This document shows positions 39,749 to 48,936 of a stretch of 64,000 nucleotides of DNA, in pieces; within the stretch, counting starts at the first letter, position 1; each line of letters begins with the position of its first letter. Origin of the DNA: Armatimonadota bacterium (lineage in GTDB: Bacteria; Armatimonadota; UBA5829; DTLH01); contig JBDKUN010000033.1 of assembly GCA_039679675.1 (NCBI GenBank), forward strand, positions 96,001 to 160,000, read 5' to 3'. Under the pieces are notes generated by a model. It ran no database searches. It worked only from the letters and a program-made list of their open reading frames with translations, and had not been told where the DNA came from. A program made the translations under genes and the position numbers.

Positions 39749-42283
39749 TTACTTCTGCTGGTCTTGCTCCATCTTGTCGAAGTTGTCCCGCAGCAGTCTC
39801 AGTTCACGCTTCTGAGTCTCGGTCGCGAAGCCGTCGCAGAGATAATCCGACCAGATAATTCCCGGCGCTCCGCCTTCTTCGTAAGTAGCCTTCCACCAGG
39901 GATAAGCCGCCATCAGGCAGTGTATCATCATTCCTTTGCTGGGTTTATCCAGGTTATAATTCCTCTCATACTCTCGGCCGTAATAAGGGTTAAGCAGAAT
40001 ATCGCGCATATGGTCGAACTGCGGCAGGTAAATCGGGATTATGCCTTCAGAAACCATTTTACGCATAGATTCGCGCCACTCGGCATCCGTGTAGGGCATC
40101 GTGGTGTAATCGCTGTGGTATTTGATCACATCTGTCTTCTTCAGAACGTCGTTTTCCAGAGCATTCCGATGTTGAGCGTAATAAACGTGGCGCCAGTGCA
40201 TATCGTTCGATTTCGGGTCGCCCGCTACTGCCAGATTAGCCCCTTCGGTCCTTAGGGCAATATCAGCGTTGGGGATTGCTTTTCGTATCAGTTCAACAGC
40301 CTTTTGGTAGATGTCCGCCCTGAGTTCTGTGCGGAAGGTGTCCCAATCGGCAATGGCAGCATCCCACTCATGAAATACACGGTCTGGCTTATTGTATACC
40401 GGCTCGTGGGATAAGCCGTCTCCTTCGACGCCCTGGTCTTCTTGGGGGTCTATCTCATCGAAACTCGCATAATTCGAGCCCCAAGCCTTGTTTACAGCCG
40501 TAATGGAACCATACTTTGCTTTGATCCAGTCCCTGAACTTGCCAAGAGCCAGAGGCCCGAGCGGATAGCGGAGATTGGTGTCATCTCTCAGCCACCCCCA
40601 GGTATCTTCTATCTCTACCGGCACGCGGCCGTCTTTGGCCGTAAACCAATAATCTCCCCAACGCTTGTGGTTGTATATCGCCCAGGCTGCGATAACCTCA
40701 GGCACTGACGGATCACCCAGATCGACTGAAACGTGCTCGCTGTGAGAATAACCTTTGCTGGTGGTAGAATAATCGATTTTTCTGCCGAGGAGCGGTTCGA
40801 CATTGTTGTACCAGTTTGCACTGGATGGCGGGTATAAACTCCAACCCAACACTTTCATCTGGAACCGGCGCACAAGCTCGTCATACCAGTATTTGTAGCA
40901 TGCGCTGTGAAGGTCTATGTTCTTGTGTCCTGTCAGTTCCCTGATCCACCAACTGCCCGAAGTGTTCGATAGGACGTTCACACCGAGGTCTTTCATCTCT
41001 TTGATCTCATCAGCCATATGCTTCTCAGGGAACGGCCCAAGTTGAAACCCTGAGCGCATGGCGGGCATAGCCTGAGCTATGATTACAGGCTCTTCTCTGC
41101 CGTTTTTATTCAGCACCATCACGTTCTTCGGGTTATATTTAATGCGGAGTGTCTCATCTGTGATCTTGATCGGGATCTTCGCGACTGCGATCTCTTTGGG
41201 GTCGGTCAATATCAGCTTTACAACGACATTCTTCGTCCACGGCGCAACCTGAAGATAGAGTGTTTTTTTCTGCTCGGTATTCTTTTCGGCCCCTTTGTGT
41301 ACGTCAAACGAGGTCATGAACTCCTCGAATGTATTCAAGTAACCCGGCATTTTCTCAATTTTATCGGTCATAGTGAACGTTGAATCGACAGGGGCGCTGC
41401 CGCCGGATTGTGTAACCTTGATCGGGACTTGCAAAAGTGCGAACTCTCGGCCGCCCCAGATATTTGTGCCCCATTCATACGTGTGGTGGTATCTGTAAAG
41501 CATCTGGAAGTCGATCAAGTAAGACCCTTCCATCAGTCCGCGGTTATGGCTGCCGAACTCAGGCACAAAAAAGTTGACCCATTGCTCCACAGACTCGCCG
41601 GGGTAGATATAGTTGATCTGCCGCTCAAAGAAATTGACGGTGTGTGCTGTCCACTGCACTTTTCCGTCTTTGTCCAGCCCTTTCAAGACCGGCGATGCGT
41701 AACTTGCACCAAAACCTTCCGGGTCGAGTATAGTGTCCCCTGTATTCGTGATGCGGAACTTGAACCAGGCGATTTCTGACTCCCTTATATCAGAGGAACA
41801 CACCATCGCGTCGCGTTTGTAAGGGGGAAACGGGCTGATCGGACTTTTGGCATCCGGTGTGAGCGGTATGTACTTGTCCTGCTCGTAATCAGCTGAGATA
41901 CTGCCAAGATATTCGATCTTTATGCCCATAATTCCTGGGACTGCGAGGTCATAAAGAGCCTTATTACCCGATCTTTTTGGGTCCTCAAAAGCAGTTGCTT
42001 CAACCGCTGCCCATCTCGTTCCGGCAGGCTGAGTCAGAGTATATTTGATCGGTATGACATCATACGCGCGTGCTTTTTCCGGCATCGTGAGTGTCAGTTT
42101 ATAATCTCCAAGCTCAACATGGCCATTCTTAAGTTTTGCGTTTTTATAAATATCGAGCTGGCCGGACTTACGTGCGGCATCTGAAAGCGCAGTGTAGCTC
42201 ACAGTTGGTTGTTCCGCGGCCAGCAATGCCTGACTTATAAGAAGCAACAAGACTATAATCAGCCAAAAAGCGAACATCTTCAA
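39749..42283 (-). CDS. Secreted glycoside hydrolase-like protein (GH42/beta-galactosidase-like TIM barrel)
   Basis: Signal peptide; FRDWIKAKYGSITAVNKAWGSNYASFDEI motif. Confidence 0.6.
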   Translation of the reverse strand: MKMFAFWLIIVLLLLISQALLAAEQPTVSYTALSDAARKSGQLDIYKNAKLKNGHVELGDYKLTLTMPEKARAYDVIPIKYTLTQPAGTRWAAVEATAFEDPKRSGNKALYDLAVPGIMGIKIEYLGSISADYEQDKYIPLTPDAKSPISPFPPYKRDAMVCSSDIRESEIAWFKFRITNTGDTILDPEGFGASYASPVLKGLDKDGKVQWTAHTVNFFERQINYIYPGESVEQWVNFFVPEFGSHNRGLMEGSYLIDFQMLYRYHHTYEWGTNIWGGREFALLQVPIKVTQSGGSAPVDSTFTMTDKIEKMPGYLNTFEEFMTSFDVHKGAEKNTEQKKTLYLQVAPWTKNVVVKLILTDPKEIAVAKIPIKITDETLRIKYNPKNVMVLNKNGREEPVIIAQAMPAMRSGFQLGPFPEKHMADEIKEMKDLGVNVLSNTSGSWWIRELTGHKNIDLHSACYKYWYDELVRRFQMKVLGWSLYPPSSANWYNNVEPLLGRKIDYSTTSKGYSHSEHVSVDLGDPSVPEVIAAWAIYNHKRWGDYWFTAKDGRVPVEIEDTWGWLRDDTNLRYPLGPLALGKFRDWIKAKYGSITAVNKAWGSNYASFDEIDPQEDQGVEGDGLSHEPVYNKPDRVFHEWDAAIADWDTFRTELRADIYQKAVELIRKAIPNADIALRTEGANLAVAGDPKSNDMHWRHVYYAQHRNALENDVLKKTDVIKYHSDYTTMPYTDAEWRESMRKMVSEGIIPIYLPQFDHMRDILLNPYYGREYERNYNLDKPSKGMMIHCLMAAYPWWKATYEEGGAPGIIWSDYLCDGFATETQKRELRLLRDNFDKMEQDQQK

Positions 42284-42417
42284 TTGTGTCTCCTCCTCAT
42301 GCGTCCATAATACTACTTTGATCAGCGTTGATGCTACCAAAACCAAAACACTCTTTTGCTTTCGTCCTTCGTATGCTAGAATTGCACTGTTTAATACTGT
42401 CTATAAGGAGCCCTGGC

Positions 42418-43452
42418 ATGTTATCTAGAAGAGAGCCTGATTTCGAACAGTTTAGAAAAGTAATGTTGAGAGAAGGAAAGCCATCCCATCTGCCGTTTTT
42501 CGAACTCCTAGCGAGCCCCAAATTCATCGCAACCCGCACCGGGACGGACTTCGAAAAATTGGGCTTTTATGATCCCGGCTATTGGGAGATTTATGTGGAC
42601 TTCTGGCTCGGAATGGGCTTCGACTGCATACCGATGGAGATTCCGCTTAACTGCAAGCTCGGCGAAAGGCATAACCAGCTTACTGAGGGAAGCGAGGCGG
42701 CTGCCATTATCCGCAATATGGAGGATTTCGAGAAATATCCCTGGCCGGATGAATCTGTTCCTATAGATTTCTGCCACTTCGAAACCGTTGCAAAACTTCT
42801 CCCGGAAGGTGTAAAGATAGTTGGCGGCGTCGGCATGGGACCCTATGAATGGGTCTCGCAGATGATGGGCGTAATGGGGCTTTCTTATGCACTTCTCGAC
42901 GACCCGGAACTAGTGAGATTGATGTTCGAAAAGATCGGCAATCTGCATAGAAGCGCCGACAGGCAGCTTATACAGATGGATGCGCTCGGCGCGCTCAGAC
43001 AGGGTGATGACCTTGGCTTCAAGACAGCGACGTTCCTCCGCCCGGACGATCTTCGCAAGTATGTTTTCCCGATTTACAAAGATATGGTGCAGATTGCGCA
43101 CGAGCAGGACAAGCCGTTTCTGCTTCACTCCTGCGGGAACCTTGCGGAAGTCTACGATGACCTTATCGACGACTGCAAGATCGACGCCAAGCACTCTTTC
43201 GAAGACGCTATTATGCCTGTAGCCGAGTTCAAAAAGAAATACGGCAAGCGGGTGACGCCTATAGGCGGGCTGGACGTTGATTTCATCTGTCGTGGTACAG
43301 AAGATGAGATCCGTGCCTACACAAGAAAGCAGATTGAGGCTTGCTTCTCCGACGGTTACTGGGCTCTTGGCACAGGCAATTCGCTGACCAACTACATGCC
43401 GGTGCAGAACTACATTACAGTGCTCGAAGAAGGTATGAAAGTGTGCAGTTGA
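42418..43452 (+). CDS. Uroporphyrinogen decarboxylase / MtaA-CmuA-like family protein
   Basis: GDDLGFK, LHSCGN, GGLDVD and LGTGNS motifs; AGGAG RBS. Confidence 0.85.
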   Translation: MLSRREPDFEQFRKVMLREGKPSHLPFFELLASPKFIATRTGTDFEKLGFYDPGYWEIYVDFWLGMGFDCIPMEIPLNCKLGERHNQLTEGSEAAAIIRNMEDFEKYPWPDESVPIDFCHFETVAKLLPEGVKIVGGVGMGPYEWVSQMMGVMGLSYALLDDPELVRLMFEKIGNLHRSADRQLIQMDALGALRQGDDLGFKTATFLRPDDLRKYVFPIYKDMVQIAHEQDKPFLLHSCGNLAEVYDDLIDDCKIDAKHSFEDAIMPVAEFKKKYGKRVTPIGGLDVDFICRGTEDEIRAYTRKQIEACFSDGYWALGTGNSLTNYMPVQNYITVLEEGMKVCS

Positions 43453-43558
43453 CACGCAGAAGTTTGCGGGTTGTTAGTTATCTTTAAGCTTGTTCGAGAT
43501 TTATTGGCTTCGGACACTATACAAAGGCTGCAAACTTTGGTATAATAATGCGGTTCAA

Positions 43559-43634
43559 GGGCCGTTAGCTCAGTCGGCAGAGCATCTCCCTTTTAAGGAG
43601 AGGGTCATTGGTTCGAATCCAATACGGCTCACCA
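43559..43634 (+). tRNA. tRNA-Lys (TTT), copy 1 (left att)
   Basis: 76-nt cloverleaf GGGCCGTTAGCTCAGTCGGCAGAGCATCTCCC-TTT-TAAGGAGAGGGTCATTGGTTCGAATCCAATACGGCTCACCA; TGGTATAAT extended -10 upstream. Confidence 0.96.
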
Positions 43635-43696
43635 TTCGAACAGTAGAGGTCGGGATTTCAGCTTGAATGAGCTTAAATCTTGGCCTTTTTTGCTAC

Positions 43697-43736
43697 TTGG
43701 CAATCTCCCTCGACTAATGCGAAGCAATCTCTCTAG
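43697..43736 (+). repeat. Putative integrase arm-type sites (left end)
   Basis: TTGGCAATCTCCCTCGA and GCAATCTCTCTAG, matching three copies at 57318-57383. Confidence 0.7.
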
Positions 43737-43864
43737 CTGCTTGCCACATGGACACTTGGAGTTATTCTTGCGGTCTTTTAGACACGTAAGTTGTATCAAG
43801 TCTAGCAATACAATCCAATAAAATCAAGAAAATTATGGTTGACAGCCAGCATATTATGGGATAA

Positions 43865-43902
43865 TCTGAATGCAAGATAAGTAACGTTATATTGCATTCA
43901 GA
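43865..43902. promoter_or_regulatory. dif/res-like tyrosine-recombinase core site
   Basis: TCTGAATGCAAGATAA-GTAACG-TTATATTGCATTCAGA: 16-bp arms with one mismatch and a 6-bp spacer. Confidence 0.75.
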
Positions 43903-43911
43903 GGAGAGACA

Positions 43912-44784
43912 ATGCAAAAGTCACTGGCAGTTTCGGAATTGCAGGGAATCCCAAAGCAGGCGGAAAATGATTCACAAGTTATTGTGTTGTGGCTCCACGG
44001 AAGAAGCCCGCATACTCAGAAAGCCTATGGGAATGATGTTGCCGGGTTCTTGGGCTTTGTGGGGATTGGCATCCACGAAGTAACACTGGGGATGGTTCAA
44101 TCATACTCTGATTCACTAATCGGCCTTGCGGATACTACAAGGAACCGGAAGATGTCGGCAGTAAAATCCTTCCTGTCGTTTGCTTACAGAATAGGTTATA
44201 CACCGTTTAATGTCGGAGCGCCGGTCAAAGCTCCGTCAGTAAAGAACAGGCTTGCTGAACGTATCTTGTCCGAGTCTGATATTCAAAGAATCATAGCTCT
44301 GGAACCGAATACCCGCAATCGAGTTCTACTGACTTTGCTTTATGCCAGCGGCGGACGGGTTTCCGAGCTTTGTGCGTTGACCTGGAAAGACACACAGGAG
44401 AGGAAAGACGGGGGACAGGTTACACTTTACGGTAAGGGCGGCAAGACGCGTGCTGTACTGCTCTCAGAACCGACCTGGAAGACGCTGCAGTCAATTAGGA
44501 TAGATACGGACCCGGAATCGCCAATATTCGTCTCTCGCAAGGGGAGGGGACACCTCGATACTTCTCAGGTTCACCGAATTGTACGTGCAGCAGCACGTCG
44601 GGCAGGTATAGAAAGCAATGTCTCTCCGCATTGGTTCCGGCACGCGCACGCTTCACATGCTCTTGATAGAGGATGCCCGATTCACTTGGTTCAAGCTACT
44701 CTCGGACACGCCAGCGTAGCTACGACCGGGAAATATACACACGCAAGACCGAATGAGAGCAGCTCAAAATATCTGGCTATATAA
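43912..44784 (+). CDS. Tyrosine recombinase (Xer-like resolvase)
   Basis: LYASGGRVSEL, GKGGK, SPHWFRHAHASH and TLGHASVATTGKY motifs. Confidence 0.93.
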   Translation: MQKSLAVSELQGIPKQAENDSQVIVLWLHGRSPHTQKAYGNDVAGFLGFVGIGIHEVTLGMVQSYSDSLIGLADTTRNRKMSAVKSFLSFAYRIGYTPFNVGAPVKAPSVKNRLAERILSESDIQRIIALEPNTRNRVLLTLLYASGGRVSELCALTWKDTQERKDGGQVTLYGKGGKTRAVLLSEPTWKTLQSIRIDTDPESPIFVSRKGRGHLDTSQVHRIVRAAARRAGIESNVSPHWFRHAHASHALDRGCPIHLVQATLGHASVATTGKYTHARPNESSSKYLAI

Positions 44785-44905
44785 GATGTTTTAGTGCTAG
44801 AATGCTGAGCCTGTATATTACATTTAATCCATTTTTAATGGTATAATTCGCCTGTTTTTAGTTGATATATTACTAACTGTATAGCTGATGCTAGAAAGGT
44901 TCGAA

Positions 44906-45610
44906 ATGGCTGGTGATATAAACAGTGAAATAAAATTATTCTTTGAAGACCCTACTGTACCACTCGATACATCAAAGGAATGTAGTGTCCTTAAGTTTCT
45001 TCTTTGTAATATATACACTTGTTTCGGCAAAAAAATCGATTCAAATGATGGGGATTTAGATATGCCGTTTCAACCTTTATGGGCAGGCGCGATGTGTGTA
45101 TTCGCGGGGATAGATTTGTTAGCCAAATTTCTAAAAGGCTCTGATGCACAGACCCGAAATGATAATAGCGGGATTCGATTCAAGGAATATATGGATAATT
45201 ATATGCCCGGTACCAATGGACATATAGAAACTCTTTACCAGCTTAGGAATTCGTTAGTGCACTCATTTGGATGGTATTCTGAGGATAAGGATAACAATAT
45301 TTATCGCTTCAGATTATCCAGGAATGGCCAATTGGTTGATGCACAAAATAACAATATATACATGGTGAATATCCTGAAATTACTTGATGAGTTTGCTCAA
45401 TCCATAGCTAGTTACAAGAATGATTTGGAAAACGATAGTGAAGGGACGCTTAAAAGCAATTTTGATAATATGTATAGCCGCTATGGTGTAATAGAGTATG
45501 GTTTAGAGCCTCAACAAGGCTCAACAAAATCTACTACTATATTAGCTGATATTGGTTATGGTAATAAATACTCAGTCACATCGCCTGACTCATCGGGAGC
45601 TGGCTGGTAA
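44906..45610 (+). CDS. AT-rich hypothetical protein with HEPN-like RxxxxH motif
   Basis: AGIDLLAKF..RFKEY..LYQLRNSLVH; helical. Confidence 0.6.
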   Translation: MAGDINSEIKLFFEDPTVPLDTSKECSVLKFLLCNIYTCFGKKIDSNDGDLDMPFQPLWAGAMCVFAGIDLLAKFLKGSDAQTRNDNSGIRFKEYMDNYMPGTNGHIETLYQLRNSLVHSFGWYSEDKDNNIYRFRLSRNGQLVDAQNNNIYMVNILKLLDEFAQSIASYKNDLENDSEGTLKSNFDNMYSRYGVIEYGLEPQQGSTKSTTILADIGYGNKYSVTSPDSSGAGW

Positions 45611-45689
45611 ATAGGCATCCTTATTTAATATGGCTTATAATAAGGCTGATTTCAAAATCATCGGTTTATGGCCAGTCGCCAAAAGATAG

Positions 45690-45800
45690 TTATCTAGTCA
45701 GACGCTTCAGCATCCTAATGCAGGCGATGGTCAGCAACAATAAGGTTGTTGACTGAATCACAATGCCCACAGCAAGAATAACCTCCGTCAGCTTGCTCAT
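45690..45800 (-). CDS. 36-aa hydrophobic peptide, type I toxin-like (not in ORF track)
   Basis: MSKLTEVILAVGIVIQSTTLLLLTIACIRMLKRLTR; the SD lies inside a hairpin; structured leader. Confidence 0.6.
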   Translation of the reverse strand: MSKLTEVILAVGIVIQSTTLLLLTIACIRMLKRLTR

Positions 45801-46074
45801 AGAGCATTCCCCCTTTCGGGTAGTGCTCTACAGCCATGCTTTCGCATCATCCTCGTATGAACGGAAGAAGCCCCTCCTTCTGTAGGCTATCTACAGTGGT
45901 TTCAACTGCAATGCAGTTGTTGATGTATGACGACCAGCCAATCACATTTTAGCACATTACTATTTGCAGCCATCACAAAGCAGGAATATACATCACAGCA
46001 GCCGAATACATTGTTGCTGGGACCGTGTAGTTTTGGCTCCTCAACGATTTTGTATTCCCCTGTGAGGTTCAATA

Positions 46075-48936
46075 ATGGCAAAAGAGAAGAAGTCCATCGA
46101 GCAGTACGACCACAAAGGCAAACAGAGGGTAAACAATCCGCCTGTCGGCCTTGTTGACCCGGAAACGGATAAAGACGCCGGGAAGAAAGCTTATGCTTAT
46201 GACCCGCACATCGACCCGGCTTTGCAGTTTGATTGCAAGCGGAGCGAGGTTGAGCAAATCATCGACGATGGACTTTCAGCCGATACCAAAGACCCTTCGG
46301 AAGCAGTTGAAGCTTTGCAGGTTGCTCGAAAGGCGCTTCTTGAGCTGAAGAAACGGCAGGAGCCTTATCTTAACTGGTCGGGTAAGGCAGAGCGTACGTC
46401 CTTCGATGTCCCGACAGTATCCCTCCATGTTCACGAGCGAATCGACCCAAGAACCATTATCGAAGCTGTGCGAAAAAAACGGGAGCCGGACCTTCAGCCG
46501 TCATTGTTCGAGTGTGCCGAAGAAAACCCTCCGATACACGAAGCTATCGAGTTCTACAAGCATAAACACAACTGGTCGAACCGGCTTATTGCAGGTGACA
46601 GCCTGGTTGTTATGAACTCGCTTCTGGAGAAGGAAGGACTCGGCGGGCAGGTGCAGATGATTTACATCGACCCGCCTTACGGCATCAAGTACGGCAGCAA
46701 TTTCCAGCCGTTTGTAAACAAGCGGGATGTAAAGGACGGCAAAGACGAAGACCTTACCCAGGAACCGGAGATGATAAAGGCTTTTCGGGATACTTGGGAA
46801 CTCGGCGTACATTCGTATCTTGCCTATTTGCGTGACAGGCTTCTGCTTGCCAGAGAACTATTGACCGAGAGCGGAAGCGTGTTTGTGCAGATTTCGGATG
46901 AGAATCTACACCTTGTTCGAAATCTATTAGATGATGTATTTGGTGCTTCTAACTTTATCGCTGTTATTCCATTTCGTAAGAAGACGATGCCTTTCAAAAC
47001 TAAGCTTATTCAGCAAATGTATGATTTCTTGATTTGGTATGCTCGGAGTAAGTGGGATTCACAGGAACAACTAATTATAAAGTACAGGAAACTATTTAGA
47101 AGCCAAAATATAACACCTGACAATGACTGGTGTTGGTATGAGATGCCTGATGGCACTCGCCACAAGATGAGCAAGCAGCAGTTGAATGGTCAAGAACCGT
47201 TGCCAGATGGTTGTCATATATACCGTTTAAAATCACTCGAACCATCTGGAACAAATCAAAGTGGCAAAAAACATTATCCTTTTCATGGCAAGGATTTCTT
47301 TCCTCCACGTGGAGGATGGGGTACGGACCTCGAAACTTTGGAATCAGCAAATCGCATTCAACCAAAAGGAGAACTTCTTAACTATGTTCTCTTCTTCAAG
47401 GATTACCAAGTTACACCGCTTACCTCACCTTGGACTGATACCGTAGGACCACAGGACAAATGTTATGTAGTCCAAACAAATGATGATGTTATTGCTCGGT
47501 GTATTCATATGACCACCGACCCCGGCGACCTCGTTTTAGACCCAACCTGCGGTTCAGGTACGACAGCTTTTGTTGCAGAACAATTGGGGCGCAGATGGAT
47601 AACCTGTGATACATCCCGTGTTGCAGTAACACTTGCAAAACAGCGGTTGATGACTTCGGCTTTCGACTATTATCGGCTTGCTCACCCGGAAGAAGGCATC
47701 GGCAGCGGGTTCAAGTATAAGACGGTGCCTCATATCACTCTAGAATCCATCACAAACAACGAGGAAATCGACCGTATCTACGGACGGCTGCATCCGGGAA
47801 TAGAATCGGCGCTTGAGGATTTGAATAAAGCAGTCGGACTTTCGCTTGAAGAATGGGAAGTCCCGTTCGAGCTTCCTGAAGGTTGGGACGAAAAGGCAAA
47901 AGAACCGTTCAAGAGGTTCCGCAGGCTCAAGCGTGAGATGCAGAAAAAGATGGACGAGAGCATCCAGCGGAACGCAGACCAGGAAACGCTTTATGACCAG
48001 CCTTATGTAGATAAATCCAAGCTGCGCATAACCGGACCGTTCACTGTGGAGTCCGTACCTGCTCCAGTTGCTCTGCCGCTCGATGAAATTGAGCCTGAAC
48101 CGATGGAAGCCGATGAAAGCGTGGCAAGGTCGGGTGAGACTCTGCGTAAAACCGAGTGGAGAGAAGAGCTGCAGAAGACAGGCATACGCGGTAAGAACGG
48201 GCAAAGAATCGAGTTCACGCGTCTTGAGCCGTTAGCCGGGACCAGGTGGCTCCACGCCGACGGAGAGACAAAGGAAGCCAATCCTCAGAGAGTGGTTGTC
48301 TCGTTTGGAAGTGAATTTGCGCCATTGGAACAAAGGCAGGTAGAGCTGGCGCTGGAAGAAGCACGAAGCCTTGTTCCCAAACCCAAAATGGTTGTCTTTG
48401 CATCCTTCCAATTCGACCCGGAAGCATCGAAAGACATAGACGGCATCAACTGGCCGGGTATCACAGTGCTGAAGGTCCAGATGAACACAGACCTGCTGAC
48501 AGATGACCTGAAGAAGAAGCGCTCCAACAATGAGAGCTTCTGGCTTATCGGACAGCCGGATGTGAATTTGTTCCAGTTGAAGGACGGAGAGAATGCCGGG
48601 AAGTATGTGGTCGAGGTCGCGGGATTCGATTATTACAATACGAAGACCGGCGCAGTAGAATCCGGCGGTACTGAGAAGATAGCCGTCTGGATGCTCGATA
48701 CGGATTATGACGGCAGGAGCCTTTACCCCAGGCAGGTGTTCTTCCCTATGTCCGATACTTCAAATGGTTGGTTAAAGCTCGCAAAGAATCTGAACGGTGA
48801 GATTGACCATGAGCTTATCGAGGCTTACAGAGGAACTGTCTCCCTGCCGTTTGAAGCTGGTGAATACAAGAGAGTGGCCGTAAAGATAGTTGATGACCGC
48901 GGCATTGAGAGTCTGAAAATAATCGAGGTGGAATGA
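46075..48936 (+). CDS. Type III restriction-modification DNA methyltransferase (Mod)
   Basis: VQMIYIDPPY and VLDPTCGSGTT motifs; C-terminal AVKIVDDRGIE; ATGA overlap with Res. Confidence 0.9.
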   Translation: MAKEKKSIEQYDHKGKQRVNNPPVGLVDPETDKDAGKKAYAYDPHIDPALQFDCKRSEVEQIIDDGLSADTKDPSEAVEALQVARKALLELKKRQEPYLNWSGKAERTSFDVPTVSLHVHERIDPRTIIEAVRKKREPDLQPSLFECAEENPPIHEAIEFYKHKHNWSNRLIAGDSLVVMNSLLEKEGLGGQVQMIYIDPPYGIKYGSNFQPFVNKRDVKDGKDEDLTQEPEMIKAFRDTWELGVHSYLAYLRDRLLLARELLTESGSVFVQISDENLHLVRNLLDDVFGASNFIAVIPFRKKTMPFKTKLIQQMYDFLIWYARSKWDSQEQLIIKYRKLFRSQNITPDNDWCWYEMPDGTRHKMSKQQLNGQEPLPDGCHIYRLKSLEPSGTNQSGKKHYPFHGKDFFPPRGGWGTDLETLESANRIQPKGELLNYVLFFKDYQVTPLTSPWTDTVGPQDKCYVVQTNDDVIARCIHMTTDPGDLVLDPTCGSGTTAFVAEQLGRRWITCDTSRVAVTLAKQRLMTSAFDYYRLAHPEEGIGSGFKYKTVPHITLESITNNEEIDRIYGRLHPGIESALEDLNKAVGLSLEEWEVPFELPEGWDEKAKEPFKRFRRLKREMQKKMDESIQRNADQETLYDQPYVDKSKLRITGPFTVESVPAPVALPLDEIEPEPMEADESVARSGETLRKTEWREELQKTGIRGKNGQRIEFTRLEPLAGTRWLHADGETKEANPQRVVVSFGSEFAPLEQRQVELALEEARSLVPKPKMVVFASFQFDPEASKDIDGINWPGITVLKVQMNTDLLTDDLKKKRSNNESFWLIGQPDVNLFQLKDGENAGKYVVEVAGFDYYNTKTGAVESGGTEKIAVWMLDTDYDGRSLYPRQVFFPMSDTSNGWLKLAKNLNGEIDHELIEAYRGTVSLPFEAGEYKRVAVKIVDDRGIESLKIIEVE

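Noticed and set aside
43441..43500. Sec readthrough at the UroD-like gene end (VCS-TGA)
   Set aside because: The domain is already complete, no convincing G-loop hairpin lies at SECIS distance, and the region leads into the tRNA promoter.
46075..46600. Phase-variable mod (simple sequence repeat tract)
   Set aside because: No SSR or long homopolymer was seen; the frame is intact.
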